64,000 nt of DNA from a bacterium CG_4_9_14_3_um_filter_65_15 (GTDB lineage Bacteria > Krumholzibacteriota > Krumholzibacteriia > LZORAL124-64-63), in assembly GCA_002790835.1 (NCBI GenBank), contig PFVX01000022.1, positions 4,308-68,307 on the forward strand. Direction: 5' to 3'. The notes below the pieces were generated by a model. The model saw nothing but the letters and a program-made list of their open reading frames with translations. It was not told the DNA's origin and did no database searches. The position numbers and the translations under genes were made by a program. Positions 8,439-18,236 of this stretch are shown here, piece by piece (positions within the stretch are counted from its first letter, which is position 1; each line of letters opens with the position of its first letter).

Positions 8439-10891
8439 GACAACCTCCTTCCCGCCAGACGCAGGGCGGTCAGGGAGACCACCGAGATCGAGCTGATCGG
8501 CATGATGATCGCCGCGACCACGGGGGTGACCAGGCCGGCCAGGCAGAGGCCCACCGCTCCCAGGTTGTACACGACCGCCAGGAGCAGGTTGTCCCGCACA
8601 ACTCGGCGCAGATCCTTGGCCGCGGCCAGGGAACGGCCGATGGCGTCGATGCCGTCGCCCAGGAAGTAGAAGTCGGCCTTGCCCGGCAGCACGGGCCGGT
8701 CGACCGCCGGCGTGGCGGCGCACAGGGCGGCGGCGAAGCTGGGGCTGTCGTTGAGGCCGTCGCCGACCATCAGGGTGTCCCGCTCATCAAGCCGGCGCAC
8801 GAGTTCGGCCTTGGCCTCCGGGGTGAGCCCACCCCAGGCGCAATCCTGGGGGATGCCCAGCTCGGCGGCCGCACGGTCGACCTTGTCCTGCCGGTCGCCG
8901 CTGAGCAGGAATATCCGGTAACCGGCCGCATGCAGGCGTTCCACCTCGTCCGGTGCGTCTTTCTTGAGGTCTTCCTGCAGGCTGAAGGCAGCGACGAGTG
9001 CGCCGTTGCAGGAAAACGCCGTGGTCCCCGAGGAAGCGATCGTTTCTTTTTCCCCGGGGCAGGCAAAATCGGGTTGGCCCAGGCGCCAGGTGTCGGCTTC
9101 GAGGATGAGTTCCAGGCCCGATCCGGGAATTTCGCGCAGGTCCTCGGCGGTGTTGGCGGAAAATCCGTTCGCCTCGCTCTCCGCCGCCCCTGCGGAGCGC
9201 AGCGCCCGGGCCAGGCACGCGCTGACCGGATGGTTGCTGCGCGAGGTCATGTGGAGCAGGACGCGCTGTTCCCGGGGGTCCAGATCCAGCAGCACGCTCC
9301 GGGATTGCGGCGCAAGGGCGAGGCGGTCCAGGGTGAGGGTCCCGGTCTTGTCCAGGAGGATCTTGCGCACCGCAAGGGCCTTTTCCAGGAAGGTCGGTTT
9401 GCGTAGGAAAACGCCGGCGCGACGCAGGGCTCCGTGGATCAGTTCTTCGGCCAGGGGGGTTGCCAGGCCGAGGGCGCAGGGGCAAGTGACTACCAGAATG
9501 GCGATGGTCACCTTGATGGCCTGGGTCGGATCCTGCGGGACCCAGATGGCGAACCCGGCTGCGGCGGCGGTCAGGACGGCTCCGACATACCAGCTGCTGA
9601 CTCGATGCCACCAGCGGGGGCGGAATTCCTCGTCGGCGACGGTGGTCGCGCTCAGCAGGTCCTGCAGGCGGCTGGTATCGAAATTCTCCATGGCTGTGGC
9701 TGAAAAACCGTGGGAGGAGGCGTTGAAGGCACCGGCGGGGATCCGGTCGCCCGGCAGGTAGTCCACGCGGGCGGATTCTCCCGTGATCCAGTCCATGCTC
9801 ACGGTGGTGCCCCGGCGCATGAGCATGGCCTCGGCCGGAACCAGGTCGCCGGGCGCGATCCACAGCTCATCGCCCTGATTCAAGCGGGGAGCGGCGACGG
9901 CCTCGAGATCGCCGTTGGCGGTCTTGCGCTTGACGGTCAGGTTCTCCGCCCCGGACGTGTCCAGCAAGCTGTTGCGGTTGCGTTCCAGGATGTGCTCCTG
10001 GGCCCAGCGACCCACCAGCATGAGGGCGATGAAAACGGTCAGGCTGTCGAAATACGCGTGGTCGGGACCGGCGGTCAAAAAGGCGTAAACCGATCCGGCG
10101 TAGGCCAGGACCATGCCCAGGGAAATGGGCACATCCAGGTGCAGGACACCGCGGCGCAGGCCGGCGGCCGCGCCTTTGAGGAACACGCCCCCACCGGCCA
10201 GCAGGCTCACCGTCGCCATGCCCAGGCTGAGCCAACCGAAGAAGTGATAGAGGTTTCCGTAGGCCAGGCCGAAATAGAAGCTCAGGCTGAACATCATGAC
10301 GTTCAGGGCCATGGAGATGGCGATGGCCATGCGCAGCAGGAGGCCGCGCGAGTGCCGGCGCACCCCGCGTGTGCTGGGGCCCAGCCGGTAACCGAAGCGT
10401 TCGATCTCGCCCAGAAAGGCCTTGAGGTCCCCCCGATCCGGGTCCCAGGCCAGTTCGACCTTACCCAGGGTGGGGTTGATGCGGATCATGACGCCGGCGT
10501 CCTGGCGGCGAAAGAGCTCTTCGATGAGCCACACGCAGGCCGCGCAGTGGACCCCCTGGATGTCCAGATCCAGGCGCAGAGGGCCGCTGCCCACGGTGAT
10601 CTCGGCTTCCCTTTCGGCCAGCAGTCGTTCGAGCCACCCGAAGCTGTCGGGTCGCAGGTCCACGGCCGGAGACGTCGTTTCGGGGGTGAGGTCGTAGTAG
10701 CGTTCGAGCTCGGCCTGGTGGATCAATTCGTACACACCGGCGCACCCGCGACAGCAGAAGGGGCCGTCCTCGGGTTTCCAGAAGCGGCCCAACGAATTCC
10801 CGCAATGCAGGCAATGGCCGATTTCGGCAGCGTGCCGATAATTCTCCGGCCAATCGTCGGGCAGGGGCATGTTAAATGTCGTAGCGGTCAT
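8426..10891 (-). CDS. ccoI: P1B-type copper-translocating ATPase CcoI/FixI
   Basis: N-terminal CLHC...FCCRGC, HMA motif GVHCAAC, TGES, CPC, DKTGTLT and MVGDGLND. Confidence 0.95.
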   Translation of the reverse strand: MTATTFNMPLPDDWPENYRHAAEIGHCLHCGNSLGRFWKPEDGPFCCRGCAGVYELIHQAELERYYDLTPETTSPAVDLRPDSFGWLERLLAEREAEITVGSGPLRLDLDIQGVHCAACVWLIEELFRRQDAGVMIRINPTLGKVELAWDPDRGDLKAFLGEIERFGYRLGPSTRGVRRHSRGLLLRMAIAISMALNVMMFSLSFYFGLAYGNLYHFFGWLSLGMATVSLLAGGGVFLKGAAAGLRRGVLHLDVPISLGMVLAYAGSVYAFLTAGPDHAYFDSLTVFIALMLVGRWAQEHILERNRNSLLDTSGAENLTVKRKTANGDLEAVAAPRLNQGDELWIAPGDLVPAEAMLMRRGTTVSMDWITGESARVDYLPGDRIPAGAFNASSHGFSATAMENFDTSRLQDLLSATTVADEEFRPRWWHRVSSWYVGAVLTAAAAGFAIWVPQDPTQAIKVTIAILVVTCPCALGLATPLAEELIHGALRRAGVFLRKPTFLEKALAVRKILLDKTGTLTLDRLALAPQSRSVLLDLDPREQRVLLHMTSRSNHPVSACLARALRSAGAAESEANGFSANTAEDLREIPGSGLELILEADTWRLGQPDFACPGEKETIASSGTTAFSCNGALVAAFSLQEDLKKDAPDEVERLHAAGYRIFLLSGDRQDKVDRAAAELGIPQDCAWGGLTPEAKAELVRRLDERDTLMVGDGLNDSPSFAAALCAATPAVDRPVLPGKADFYFLGDGIDAIGRSLAAAKDLRRVVRDNLLLAVVYNLGAVGLCLAGLVTPVVAAIIMPISSISVVSLTALRLAGRRLSWTS

Positions 10892-10978
10892 GGATTATCC
10901 CGGTTGGTAGCCGAAAACCGTGCGAAACATAGAGAGAATTTGTCCGGTAGTCAACCTAGCGAAACACTAGGAATTTCC

Positions 10979-11734
10979 TCAAAAGACGGGCCAAAATCCC
11001 CATTTGATCCCGGCCACGATTCCGAACATCTTGCCGGACCGCAAGAGGAATTCGATCCCGACAAATATCACCAGCAACGATGCCACCAGATTGAATTTCC
11101 GCTGCAGGGCCGGCGCCAGGCGTCCGGCCCCCAGGCCGATGGCCACCAGGACGGGCATGGTCCCCAGGCCGAAGGCTACCATGGTTCCCGCGCCATGGAG
11201 AGGCGTGGGTGCGGTGAGGGCCGCAATGGCCATGGCGTAGACGGGGCCGCAGGGCAAAAATCCGTTGGCCACGCCGAGAAAGTAGCGACCGGCCAGGCTG
11301 GATGTGCCCACCAGTCCCATGAATTTTTCCCCGGTGAACCTCCCCAGGCGACTGCTTTCGATGATGCGGCCGGTGGGCACCCAACCGCGCAGACCCATGC
11401 CCATGACGACCATCAGGGCTCCGGCGATCAGGAACAGCGTTCCCCGCACGGTGTTGGAGGGCCCGGTGGCCTGGGCGGCGGTGGCCAGCAGTCCAAAGGC
11501 CACGCCGATGACGGCGTAGGCGTTGAGGCGGCCGAAATGGTAGATCAACAGGGCCGGCAAGAGGGCGCGCAGGCGGCCGTCGTGGCGGCCTTGGGCGAGG
11601 CTGAAGGTGCTGACCAGCGGGCCGCACATTCCGATGCAGTGGCCCAGGCTGGTGGTCAAACCGATCCCCATGGCGGCCCAGATGGTCAGGGCTGCCACAT
11701 GGATGTCGGAAGCGCTTCCGCAACAGCTTTCCAT
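10979..11734 (-). CDS. DsbD_2/TauE-like membrane protein (cbb3 assembly)
   Basis: HCIGMCGP, GFLPCGPVY and FGLGT motifs. Start reassigned to MESCCGS, which follows an AGGAG RBS. Confidence 0.88.
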   Translation of the reverse strand: MESCCGSASDIHVAALTIWAAMGIGLTTSLGHCIGMCGPLVSTFSLAQGRHDGRLRALLPALLIYHFGRLNAYAVIGVAFGLLATAAQATGPSNTVRGTLFLIAGALMVVMGMGLRGWVPTGRIIESSRLGRFTGEKFMGLVGTSSLAGRYFLGVANGFLPCGPVYAMAIAALTAPTPLHGAGTMVAFGLGTMPVLVAIGLGAGRLAPALQRKFNLVASLLVIFVGIEFLLRSGKMFGIVAGIKWGFWPVF

Positions 11735-11862
11735 GACGTCTCCTGGTGGGGGTCCCCCCATACTATGCTGCGGGCGTCGGCGGGGCAACGCGATTGACGG
11801 TTTCCGGCGATCCGGTCGAGATTGCGTCAAACCCTCGTCCTCAAGGACCGTGCTGAAGGAGA

Positions 11863-12135
11863 ATGATGACCTGGCGCCAGGAATCCTCCCCCACCATGCG
11901 CTTCTGGAATCTCATCAAGGCCTTTGAGGATCGGGCGGGGTATGGCATTCTCATCAACACGAGTTTCAACGTGCGGGGCGAACCGATCGTCTGCACACCC
12001 CGGGATGCCTACCGTTGCTTCATGCGCACGGATATGGATGTGCTGGTCCTGGAAAACCTGGTCCTGGAAAAAGGGGATCAACCCGACTCCGACCCGCTGG
12101 AAGCGGCCGCCGCCGGGGTCTTCCCCTTGGATTGA
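11863..12135 (+). pseudogene. C-terminal fragment of a NodU/CmcH-family O-carbamoyltransferase
   Basis: LINTSFNVRGEPIVCTPRDAYRCFMRTDMDVLVL is the conserved C-terminus of a normally ~550-600 aa enzyme; only ~90 aa are present. Confidence 0.8.
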
Positions 12136-12150
12136 AGCGAATGGCTGAAC

Positions 12151-12315
12151 ATGTCTTACCTGCGGCACCTCGATCGCCTGCTCCGGGAAGTCTGGAGCGT
12201 CGCCCGCGCCAACCGCGCGTGGTGGATGGTGCCGCTGGAGTTGGTCCTGCTCGTGCCCGCGGCCCTCATCAATTCGGGGCAGGTCGCCGCACCCTTCATC
12301 TATACGCTTTTTTGA
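12151..12315 (+). CDS. DUF5989/SxtK-like small membrane protein (54 aa; not in ORF track)
   Basis: MSYLRHLDRLLREVWSVARANRAWWMVPLELVLLVPAALINSGQVAAPFIYTLF*. The WWxxP...APFIYTLF signature is typical of this family, which usually follows carbamoyltransferase genes. Confidence 0.8.
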   Translation: MSYLRHLDRLLREVWSVARANRAWWMVPLELVLLVPAALINSGQVAAPFIYTLF

Positions 12316-13415
12316 TCCTGTGCTGCGCGGGCCTGGCCGCCCCGGCCGGCGGGCAGGAGGCTGCGCCCCACCGGGCACCGCACGTGCCCTGGCTGGAGGA
12401 CGCCCCGTGGGCCGAGGTCCTGAAGCAGGCCCGCGAGGTTTCCCTGCCCATCCTGATCGATTTCCACGCTTCCTGGTGCGGCCCGTGCAAGGCCCTGGAT
12501 GCCATGGTCTACAACGAGGCCGAGGTGATCCGGGAATTGGCTGACGTGCTGACCCTCAAGGTGGATGTGGACCGCCCCGATGCCGAGGCCCTGGAAAAGG
12601 AATTCGGGGTCACCCGTTTGCCGACCCTGATTTATTGCGACTCCGAGGGGCAGCGCTGGGGAAGCTTTACGGGCTTCGTTTCCGCCGATACGTTTCTGGC
12701 TCGGGTTCGGCAGTGGAAGCGATCGTTGAGCGGTGAACGGGAATTCCTGGCCCGGTTGGAGACCGCCCCGGATGATCCGGTGATCCTGATGGAAGCCTTC
12801 AACCGGAGCAAAGGGGCGGGACGTTCCGCCGAAGCGGCGGGATTTCGGGAACGGCTGTTGACGCTGACGCGTCCGGACCGGCGGCACGAAGCGGCCCGGC
12901 AGCTGGTCATCATCGCGACCAACGAATTTTTGAGCGGATCTGCGGATGAAGCGCAGGATCTGATCCGCCGGACCGAAACCATGTTCCCCGCCGATGGCCA
13001 GGATCTGGGCCGCGACCTTCGGCTGCGCGACCTGGAATCCCTGGCAAACCTCACCGGGTTGCAGGAGCAGCTGCCCGATACCCTCGGCCTCCTGGAAACC
13101 TATTCCCACATGATCAAACTGGATCGCGGATACGTGCCGGCCCTGGAGGGTTTTGCCCGCACCGCCCTGGCCGGGGGAATCCGCCTGCCGCAGGCTACGA
13201 CCTGCGCCCTGCGGGCGGTGATCCGCAGCGACAACCGCCCCGATCTGCTGGCCTTGCTTGCGGCGTGCTATCAGCGACGGAGTTTTCATGCCCGCGCGGT
13301 CAAGTGGATGGAAAAGGCGGTGGCCGCCGCGCCCGACAACCTGGAGTTCCACGACAGGCTGGGGCTCTACCGGTCGACCTGCCCGCCCTGGATGCGGCCC
13401 CCTGATCACAACTAG
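12312..13415 (+). CDS. Periplasmic thioredoxin-family protein with a helical/TPR-like C-terminus
   Basis: Signal-like N-terminus, ILIDFHASWCGPCKAL, cis-Pro loop RLPT, and a TPR-like tail. Probable TTG start overlapping the upstream TGA; the ORF-track start at 12015 is unlikely. Confidence 0.85.
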   Translation: MILCCAGLAAPAGGQEAAPHRAPHVPWLEDAPWAEVLKQAREVSLPILIDFHASWCGPCKALDAMVYNEAEVIRELADVLTLKVDVDRPDAEALEKEFGVTRLPTLIYCDSEGQRWGSFTGFVSADTFLARVRQWKRSLSGEREFLARLETAPDDPVILMEAFNRSKGAGRSAEAAGFRERLLTLTRPDRRHEAARQLVIIATNEFLSGSADEAQDLIRRTETMFPADGQDLGRDLRLRDLESLANLTGLQEQLPDTLGLLETYSHMIKLDRGYVPALEGFARTALAGGIRLPQATTCALRAVIRSDNRPDLLALLAACYQRRSFHARAVKWMEKAVAAAPDNLEFHDRLGLYRSTCPPWMRPPDHN

Positions 13416-13429
13416 AGATTTCTTTAACC

Positions 13430-13546
13430 CATAAAGAGGACCGGCCTCGTATAACGAAGCCGGTCCAACGGCATGTCGGTGGGGGATTGGAGGGAGATAC
13501 CGACAAGCCGCGTGCTCAAAAAAAGGATTGTTTTTCCACCCCGACA
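13430..13546 (-). ncRNA. Candidate independently transcribed small RNA
   Basis: Own sigma-70 promoter, an internal hairpin with a C-rich loop and a terminator hairpin plus U-tract. It lies between convergent genes, after the RND operon terminator. Ends are approximate. Confidence 0.6.
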
Positions 13547-13551
13547 GAGAA

Positions 13552-13580
13552 ATAGTAGAGGATTGAGAGGCGGATGGCAA
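13552..13580 (-). promoter_or_regulatory. Sigma-70 promoter of the candidate sRNA
   Basis: TTGCCA-N17-TACTAT on the minus strand, with a very AT-rich upstream tract (13581-13670). Confidence 0.7.
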
Positions 13581-13771
13581 TGATAAAAAAGGGATAAACG
13601 AAATTAATTGAGATATAAACGGGATAAAATCTATATGAATAAGGCATTAAAAATATTAAAAAGTTAAAAAACAGCCATCCATCCGGGTTGTTGATTTCGA
13701 ATATAGATGCGGTTTAATTGTTGAATTCCAACTGGTTGAGTGGGATATATTCCGGGCCCCTGATCGGGGTC

Positions 13772-13804
13772 AAAAAAACCTGGGAGGGTCGGCGTCCTCC
13801 CAGG
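13772..13804 (-). terminator. Rho-independent terminator of the RND operon
   Basis: Minus strand reads CCTGGGAGG-loop-CCTCCCAGG followed by TTTTTTT, about 40 bp after the RND stop. Confidence 0.85.
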
Positions 13805-13842
13805 AAAAAACCCCATAAAAATTAAGGAAAACCCCAATACAT

Positions 13843-16800
13843 CTATCGCTTGTACAGATAATACGCCAGGGGGATGACCACCACCGTCAGGACCGTCGAC
13901 AGGAGCGAACCCATCATGAGGCTGATGGCCAGCCCCTGGAAGATGGGGTCGAACACCATGACGAACGAACCGGTCACCACCGTGCCGGCGGTCAGGGCGA
14001 TGGGCAGGAAGCGCACGGCCCCCGATTCGATGACCGCGTCCTGCAGGTCCAGCCCGTCATTCAGGCGCGCCTCGATGAAATCGATGAGCAGGACGCTGTT
14101 GCGCACCATGATGCCCGCCAGCGCGATCACCCCGATCATGGAGGTGGCGGTGAAGAAGGCGCCGAACATCAGGTGTCCGGGGATGATGCCCACCAGCGTC
14201 AGGGGGATCGGGATCATCATCAGCAGGGGCACGGTGAAGTTCTGGAACATGCCCACGATCAGCAGGTAGATGATCACCAGCACCACGGCGAAGCTGATGC
14301 CAAGGTCGCGGAACACCTCGTAGGTGATGTGCCACTCCCCGTCCCACTTCATGGCGTACTCGTCCTCGGTCTGCGGTTGGACGGTGTTGAACTTCTTGAT
14401 GTGGGTGCCGTCGGGCATGATCAGCTTGTCGATCTTCTTGTTCATGTCCAGGATGCCGTAGACGGGCGATTCCAGCTCCCCGGCCACGTCGGCGGTCACG
14501 TAGATCACCGACTTGAGGTCCTTGCGGTGGAGGCTCTTCTGGTTGACGTCCGTTTCCACCTTGATCACGTCCGACAGGGGAATCAGGGCGCCCGCGCGGC
14601 TGCCGATGTAGAGGTCGCCGAAGCTCTGGGGGTCGGAACGGTCGGCCAGGGGCAGGCGCACGTTGATGGGCACCGGCTCGGCCGCCGCGTCCATGTGGAC
14701 CAGGCCCTGGTCATAGCCGTTGAGCGCCACGCCGAGGGTCATGGCCACCTGCTGGGTGCTGACGCCGCGCACGGCGGCCCGATCGGTATCCACGGCCAGG
14801 CGGTACCGGGTCTGGTCGCCCTCGACGAACCAGTCCACGTCGACCACGCCGGGGGTGGAGTTGAACACTTCCTTGATCTTGCGGGCGGCTTCGAGACGGC
14901 CCGCGAAAGTGGGTCCGTAGACCTCGGCCACCAGGGTCGACAACACCGGCGGTCCCGGCGGCACCTCGACGATCTTGACCGCGGCGCCGAAAGGGGCCGC
15001 CAGTTCGTCGATGGGGCCGCGCACCCGCTTGGCCAGGGCGTGGCTCTTGTCGCTGCGCTTGGCCTTGTCCACCAGGTTCACCTGGATGTCGGCCACGTTG
15101 GGCCCCTGGCGCAGGAAGTAGTGCCGCACCAGACCGGAGAAATTCACGGGAGCGGCCACGCCGGAATAGATCTGGTAGTCGGTCACTTCCGGCACGGTGG
15201 ACAGGTAGTCGCCGACCTCCCGGGCCAGCTGGGTCGTGGTCTCCAGGGTGGTCCCTTCGGGGGTGTCGATGATGACCTGGAATTCGCTCTTGTTGTCGAA
15301 GGGCAGCATCTTGACCTGCACGGTGCGGGTCACGAACAGGATCGTCGAGGCCCCCGTCAGCACGGCGACCACCAGGAGCGCCATGATCCCGCGCCGGGGG
15401 TTTGCCACGAGCGGGCGTACCAGCCGGTTGTAGACCTGGTAGATCTTGGTCTGCTGCAGACTGTAGCTGTCGGCTCCCCCGCCTTCGATGGTGCCGTCGC
15501 CCACCATGTCGTCGTGCCAGTGCTGTCGAGGTTTGAGCAGGCGCAGCGCCAGCCAGGGCGAGATGGTCAGGGCCACGAAGAGGCTGAAGACCATGGCCAG
15601 CGACGCACCGACGGGCATGGGTCGCATGTAGGGTCCCATCAATCCGCGTACGAAGGCCATGGGCATCATGGACGCGATCACCGTCAAGGTTGCCATGATG
15701 GTGGGGTTGCCGACCTCGCGAATGGCGCCCAGGGCGATCTTCAGGCTGCGCTCCCCGGCCATCTGGAAATGACGGTGCATGTTCTCGACGATGATGATCG
15801 TGGCGTCGATGACGATGCCGGTCACCAGGATCAGCGCGAACAGCGTCACCCGGTTCAGGGTGTAACCCTGGATGTAGTACACGAACAGGGTCAGCGAAAA
15901 GGTGGTGGGGATGGACAGGAAGATGATGGTCGCCCCCCGCCAGCCCATGGCGAAGAACACCACGATCACCGCCAGGAAGATGGCCAGGGCCAGGTTGCTG
16001 ATCAGGCTGGATGCCTTGTCCTGGGCCGTTGCGCCGTAGTTGCGGGTCACGGTCACGTTGACGTCGTCGGGCAGCAGCCGCGGTCGCAGGGTCTCGATCT
16101 TCTCCAGCACGGCCTCGGCCACGCGGGTGGCGTCACTGCCCTTGCGCTTGGCCAGGGTGATGGTCACGGCGGGGTGCTCCGAACCCACGGCGTAGGCGTC
16201 GGTATCGATGCCCTGCTGGACCGCGGCCGGGCCCAGGCCCAGGAAGGTGTAGTTGTCGATCTCTCCCGGCCCGTCGGTCACCGTCGCAATGTCCATCAGG
16301 CGCACGGGTCGCTCGCCGAAACTGCCCACCACCAGGTTGGCCACGTCGCCGGCCGAGCGCAGGAACATGCCCGTCTCCACCAGGAATTGCCGGTTGCCGG
16401 TGGCGAACCCGCCCGAGGGCAGGTTCTGGTTCTGCATCTGCAGGGACGGCAGGATGGACAGGGTGGTCAGGTTGAAGGCCGCCATGCGCTGGGGGTCCAG
16501 CTGCACCTGCACGGTGCGTGGCCGGCCGCCGATGATCTCGCTCACCGAAACATCGGGGATGTCCATCACTTCGTTGCGCAGGACTCCGGCCAGCTGGCGC
16601 AGGCCGTAGCCGTCGTATTCGTCGCTCCACAGGGTCACCGCCATCATGGGCACGTCGTCGATGCTGCGGACCTTGATCAGGGGCGGCGTGATGTTCGGGG
16701 GCCACATGTCGGCGTTGCCGTACATCTTGTTGGCGATACGGGTCAGGGCCTTTTCCTGGTCGGTGCCGACGAGGAAGCGCGCCGTCACCAGGGAGAAGCT

Positions 16801-17118
16801 GGGGTAGCTGGAAGAGTAGACGTACTCGACGCCCTCGATCCCCCAGACCTTCTGTTCCATGGGCCGGGTGACGATGTTCTCGACTTCCTGGGGACTGGCG
16901 CCCGGCATCATCACCAGGATGTCGATCATGGGCACGACGATCTGCGGTTCCTCCTCGCGCGGGGTCAGCGAGAGGGAGAACAGGCCCAGCAACAGGATCG
17001 CGATGATGAGCAGCGGCGTGATCTTCGAATTGATGAAGACCCTGGCCAGGTTGGCGGCGAAGCCCAGGTTCAGCTTCGTCTCGGGCAACTCGGGCAGGGG
17101 ATTCTGGCGCTGGTCCAT
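13843..17118 (-). CDS. RND efflux permease (AcrB/CusA superfamily; sulfur-associated 'PREEEPQI' clade)
   Basis: 1091 aa with 12-TM RND architecture; TPREEEPQIVVP, GIVIDATII and GIMVRNSVLLIDF. Confidence 0.93.
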   Translation of the reverse strand: MDQRQNPLPELPETKLNLGFAANLARVFINSKITPLLIIAILLLGLFSLSLTPREEEPQIVVPMIDILVMMPGASPQEVENIVTRPMEQKVWGIEGVEYVYSSSYPSFSLVTARFLVGTDQEKALTRIANKMYGNADMWPPNITPPLIKVRSIDDVPMMAVTLWSDEYDGYGLRQLAGVLRNEVMDIPDVSVSEIIGGRPRTVQVQLDPQRMAAFNLTTLSILPSLQMQNQNLPSGGFATGNRQFLVETGMFLRSAGDVANLVVGSFGERPVRLMDIATVTDGPGEIDNYTFLGLGPAAVQQGIDTDAYAVGSEHPAVTITLAKRKGSDATRVAEAVLEKIETLRPRLLPDDVNVTVTRNYGATAQDKASSLISNLALAIFLAVIVVFFAMGWRGATIIFLSIPTTFSLTLFVYYIQGYTLNRVTLFALILVTGIVIDATIIIVENMHRHFQMAGERSLKIALGAIREVGNPTIMATLTVIASMMPMAFVRGLMGPYMRPMPVGASLAMVFSLFVALTISPWLALRLLKPRQHWHDDMVGDGTIEGGGADSYSLQQTKIYQVYNRLVRPLVANPRRGIMALLVVAVLTGASTILFVTRTVQVKMLPFDNKSEFQVIIDTPEGTTLETTTQLAREVGDYLSTVPEVTDYQIYSGVAAPVNFSGLVRHYFLRQGPNVADIQVNLVDKAKRSDKSHALAKRVRGPIDELAAPFGAAVKIVEVPPGPPVLSTLVAEVYGPTFAGRLEAARKIKEVFNSTPGVVDVDWFVEGDQTRYRLAVDTDRAAVRGVSTQQVAMTLGVALNGYDQGLVHMDAAAEPVPINVRLPLADRSDPQSFGDLYIGSRAGALIPLSDVIKVETDVNQKSLHRKDLKSVIYVTADVAGELESPVYGILDMNKKIDKLIMPDGTHIKKFNTVQPQTEDEYAMKWDGEWHITYEVFRDLGISFAVVLVIIYLLIVGMFQNFTVPLLMMIPIPLTLVGIIPGHLMFGAFFTATSMIGVIALAGIMVRNSVLLIDFIEARLNDGLDLQDAVIESGAVRFLPIALTAGTVVTGSFVMVFDPIFQGLAISLMMGSLLSTVLTVVVIPLAYYLYKR

Positions 17119-17119
17119 G

Positions 17120-18217
17120 TTACTTCACCACCTTGTCGCCCTCGGCCAGGGGCTGCTGGCTCGATAGCACCACGGTCTCGCCGCCGGCCAGGCCGGAAAG
17201 GGCTTCGGTCCGGTCACCGTGCGGGCGACCCAGGCGGATCCAACGCAGGTGGGCGGTCCCATCGTCGCGGACCAGCCACACGCCCGTCAGCTGACCCCGG
17301 CGGATGATGGAAGTGGAAGGCACCAGGACCTTCGACGCCGCGGGTCCGTGCAGGACGACCCGGGCGAACATGCCGCTGCGGAGCCTGCCGTCGGTGTTGT
17401 CCAGGGCGGCCTCGATGTCGTAGGTGCGGCTGCCGGGGTTGGCGGTGGGGACGATCTTGGTGATTTCCGCCTGGTAGACGGCTCGGTCCAGGGAGGTGAC
17501 GTCGATCCGCACGGGATCGCCGATCCTCAGGCTGGAGATGTCCTTCTCGCCCACATGGGCCACGACCTTCATGCGCGCGGTATCCTCGAGGATCAGCAGG
17601 GGCATGCCGGGGTTGGCCATGTCGCCCGCCTCGATCATCTTGCGGCCCACGACACCGTCGACCGGAGCGACGATGTCCACGTAGCCGAGGTGCACGTTGA
17701 CCTCACGCAGCCCGGCCTTGGCCATCTCCAGGCCGGCGGCGGCGCGGTCGCGTCCGGTCAGGACGTCGTCGAGCTGCTGGCGGGAGACGGCTTTCGCGGC
17801 GTACAGGTTCTCGAAGCGCTCGGCCATCTTCTCGGCGTTGGCCAGGACGGCCTTCGCCTCGGAAATGCCCGCCTCGGCCTGGGCTTTCTTGGCCATCAGG
17901 TCGGTATCGTCGATGCTCAGCAGAGGAGCGCCCTTGCGGACCGGTTGGCCCTCGGCGATGTGGATCTTCTTGACCCAGCCCATCATCCGCGTGGAGATCG
18001 TGATCGAGGTCTCGGCCTCGAGGCTGCCCACGGCGATCATATCCCGCGGGACTTCCTCGCGCTGGACGCCGGCGGTCTCGCAGCTGACGGTTTTCGGCTC
18101 CGGGGCGTTGGTCTCGGAGCTTTTCGTGCATCCGCTCAGCAGGGTCAGGACCGTGCCGGTCAGCACGGTCGCTGCGGCCAGTTTTCCCCCGAGGGTATTG
18201 CGGCGTGTCGTTGCCAT
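17120..18217 (-). CDS. RND periplasmic adaptor (MFP), lipoprotein
   Basis: Lipobox LSGC, lipoyl-hairpin-lipoyl organisation, IVAPVDGVV and LRSGMFARV. Confidence 0.92.
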   Translation of the reverse strand: MATTRRNTLGGKLAAATVLTGTVLTLLSGCTKSSETNAPEPKTVSCETAGVQREEVPRDMIAVGSLEAETSITISTRMMGWVKKIHIAEGQPVRKGAPLLSIDDTDLMAKKAQAEAGISEAKAVLANAEKMAERFENLYAAKAVSRQQLDDVLTGRDRAAAGLEMAKAGLREVNVHLGYVDIVAPVDGVVGRKMIEAGDMANPGMPLLILEDTARMKVVAHVGEKDISSLRIGDPVRIDVTSLDRAVYQAEITKIVPTANPGSRTYDIEAALDNTDGRLRSGMFARVVLHGPAASKVLVPSTSIIRRGQLTGVWLVRDDGTAHLRWIRLGRPHGDRTEALSGLAGGETVVLSSQQPLAEGDKVVK

Positions 18218-18236
18218 GAAGGAGAGCCTCCTGGAG

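Noticed and set aside
11740-11850. FNR/Anr box upstream of the cbb3 cluster
   Set aside because: TTGAC/GTCAA half-sites occur but not at TTGAT-N4-ATCAA spacing.
11863-12315. Saxitoxin biosynthetic cluster
   Set aside because: Only a carbamoyltransferase fragment and a DUF5989 gene are present; both are widespread and no core sxt genes are seen.
13560-13840. AT-rich tract as a replication origin or IS scar
   Set aside because: No DnaA-box cluster, terminal inverted repeats or transposase; better explained as a promoter UP region plus a terminator.
14173-17307. 1044-aa plus-strand ORF and similar long antisense ORFs (3091-4689, 5467-7242, 9710-11797, 17697-19817, 22152-24605, 50545-52743)
   Set aside because: Stop-poor shadow frames typical of high-GC DNA; they lie opposite well-supported genes and have no motifs.
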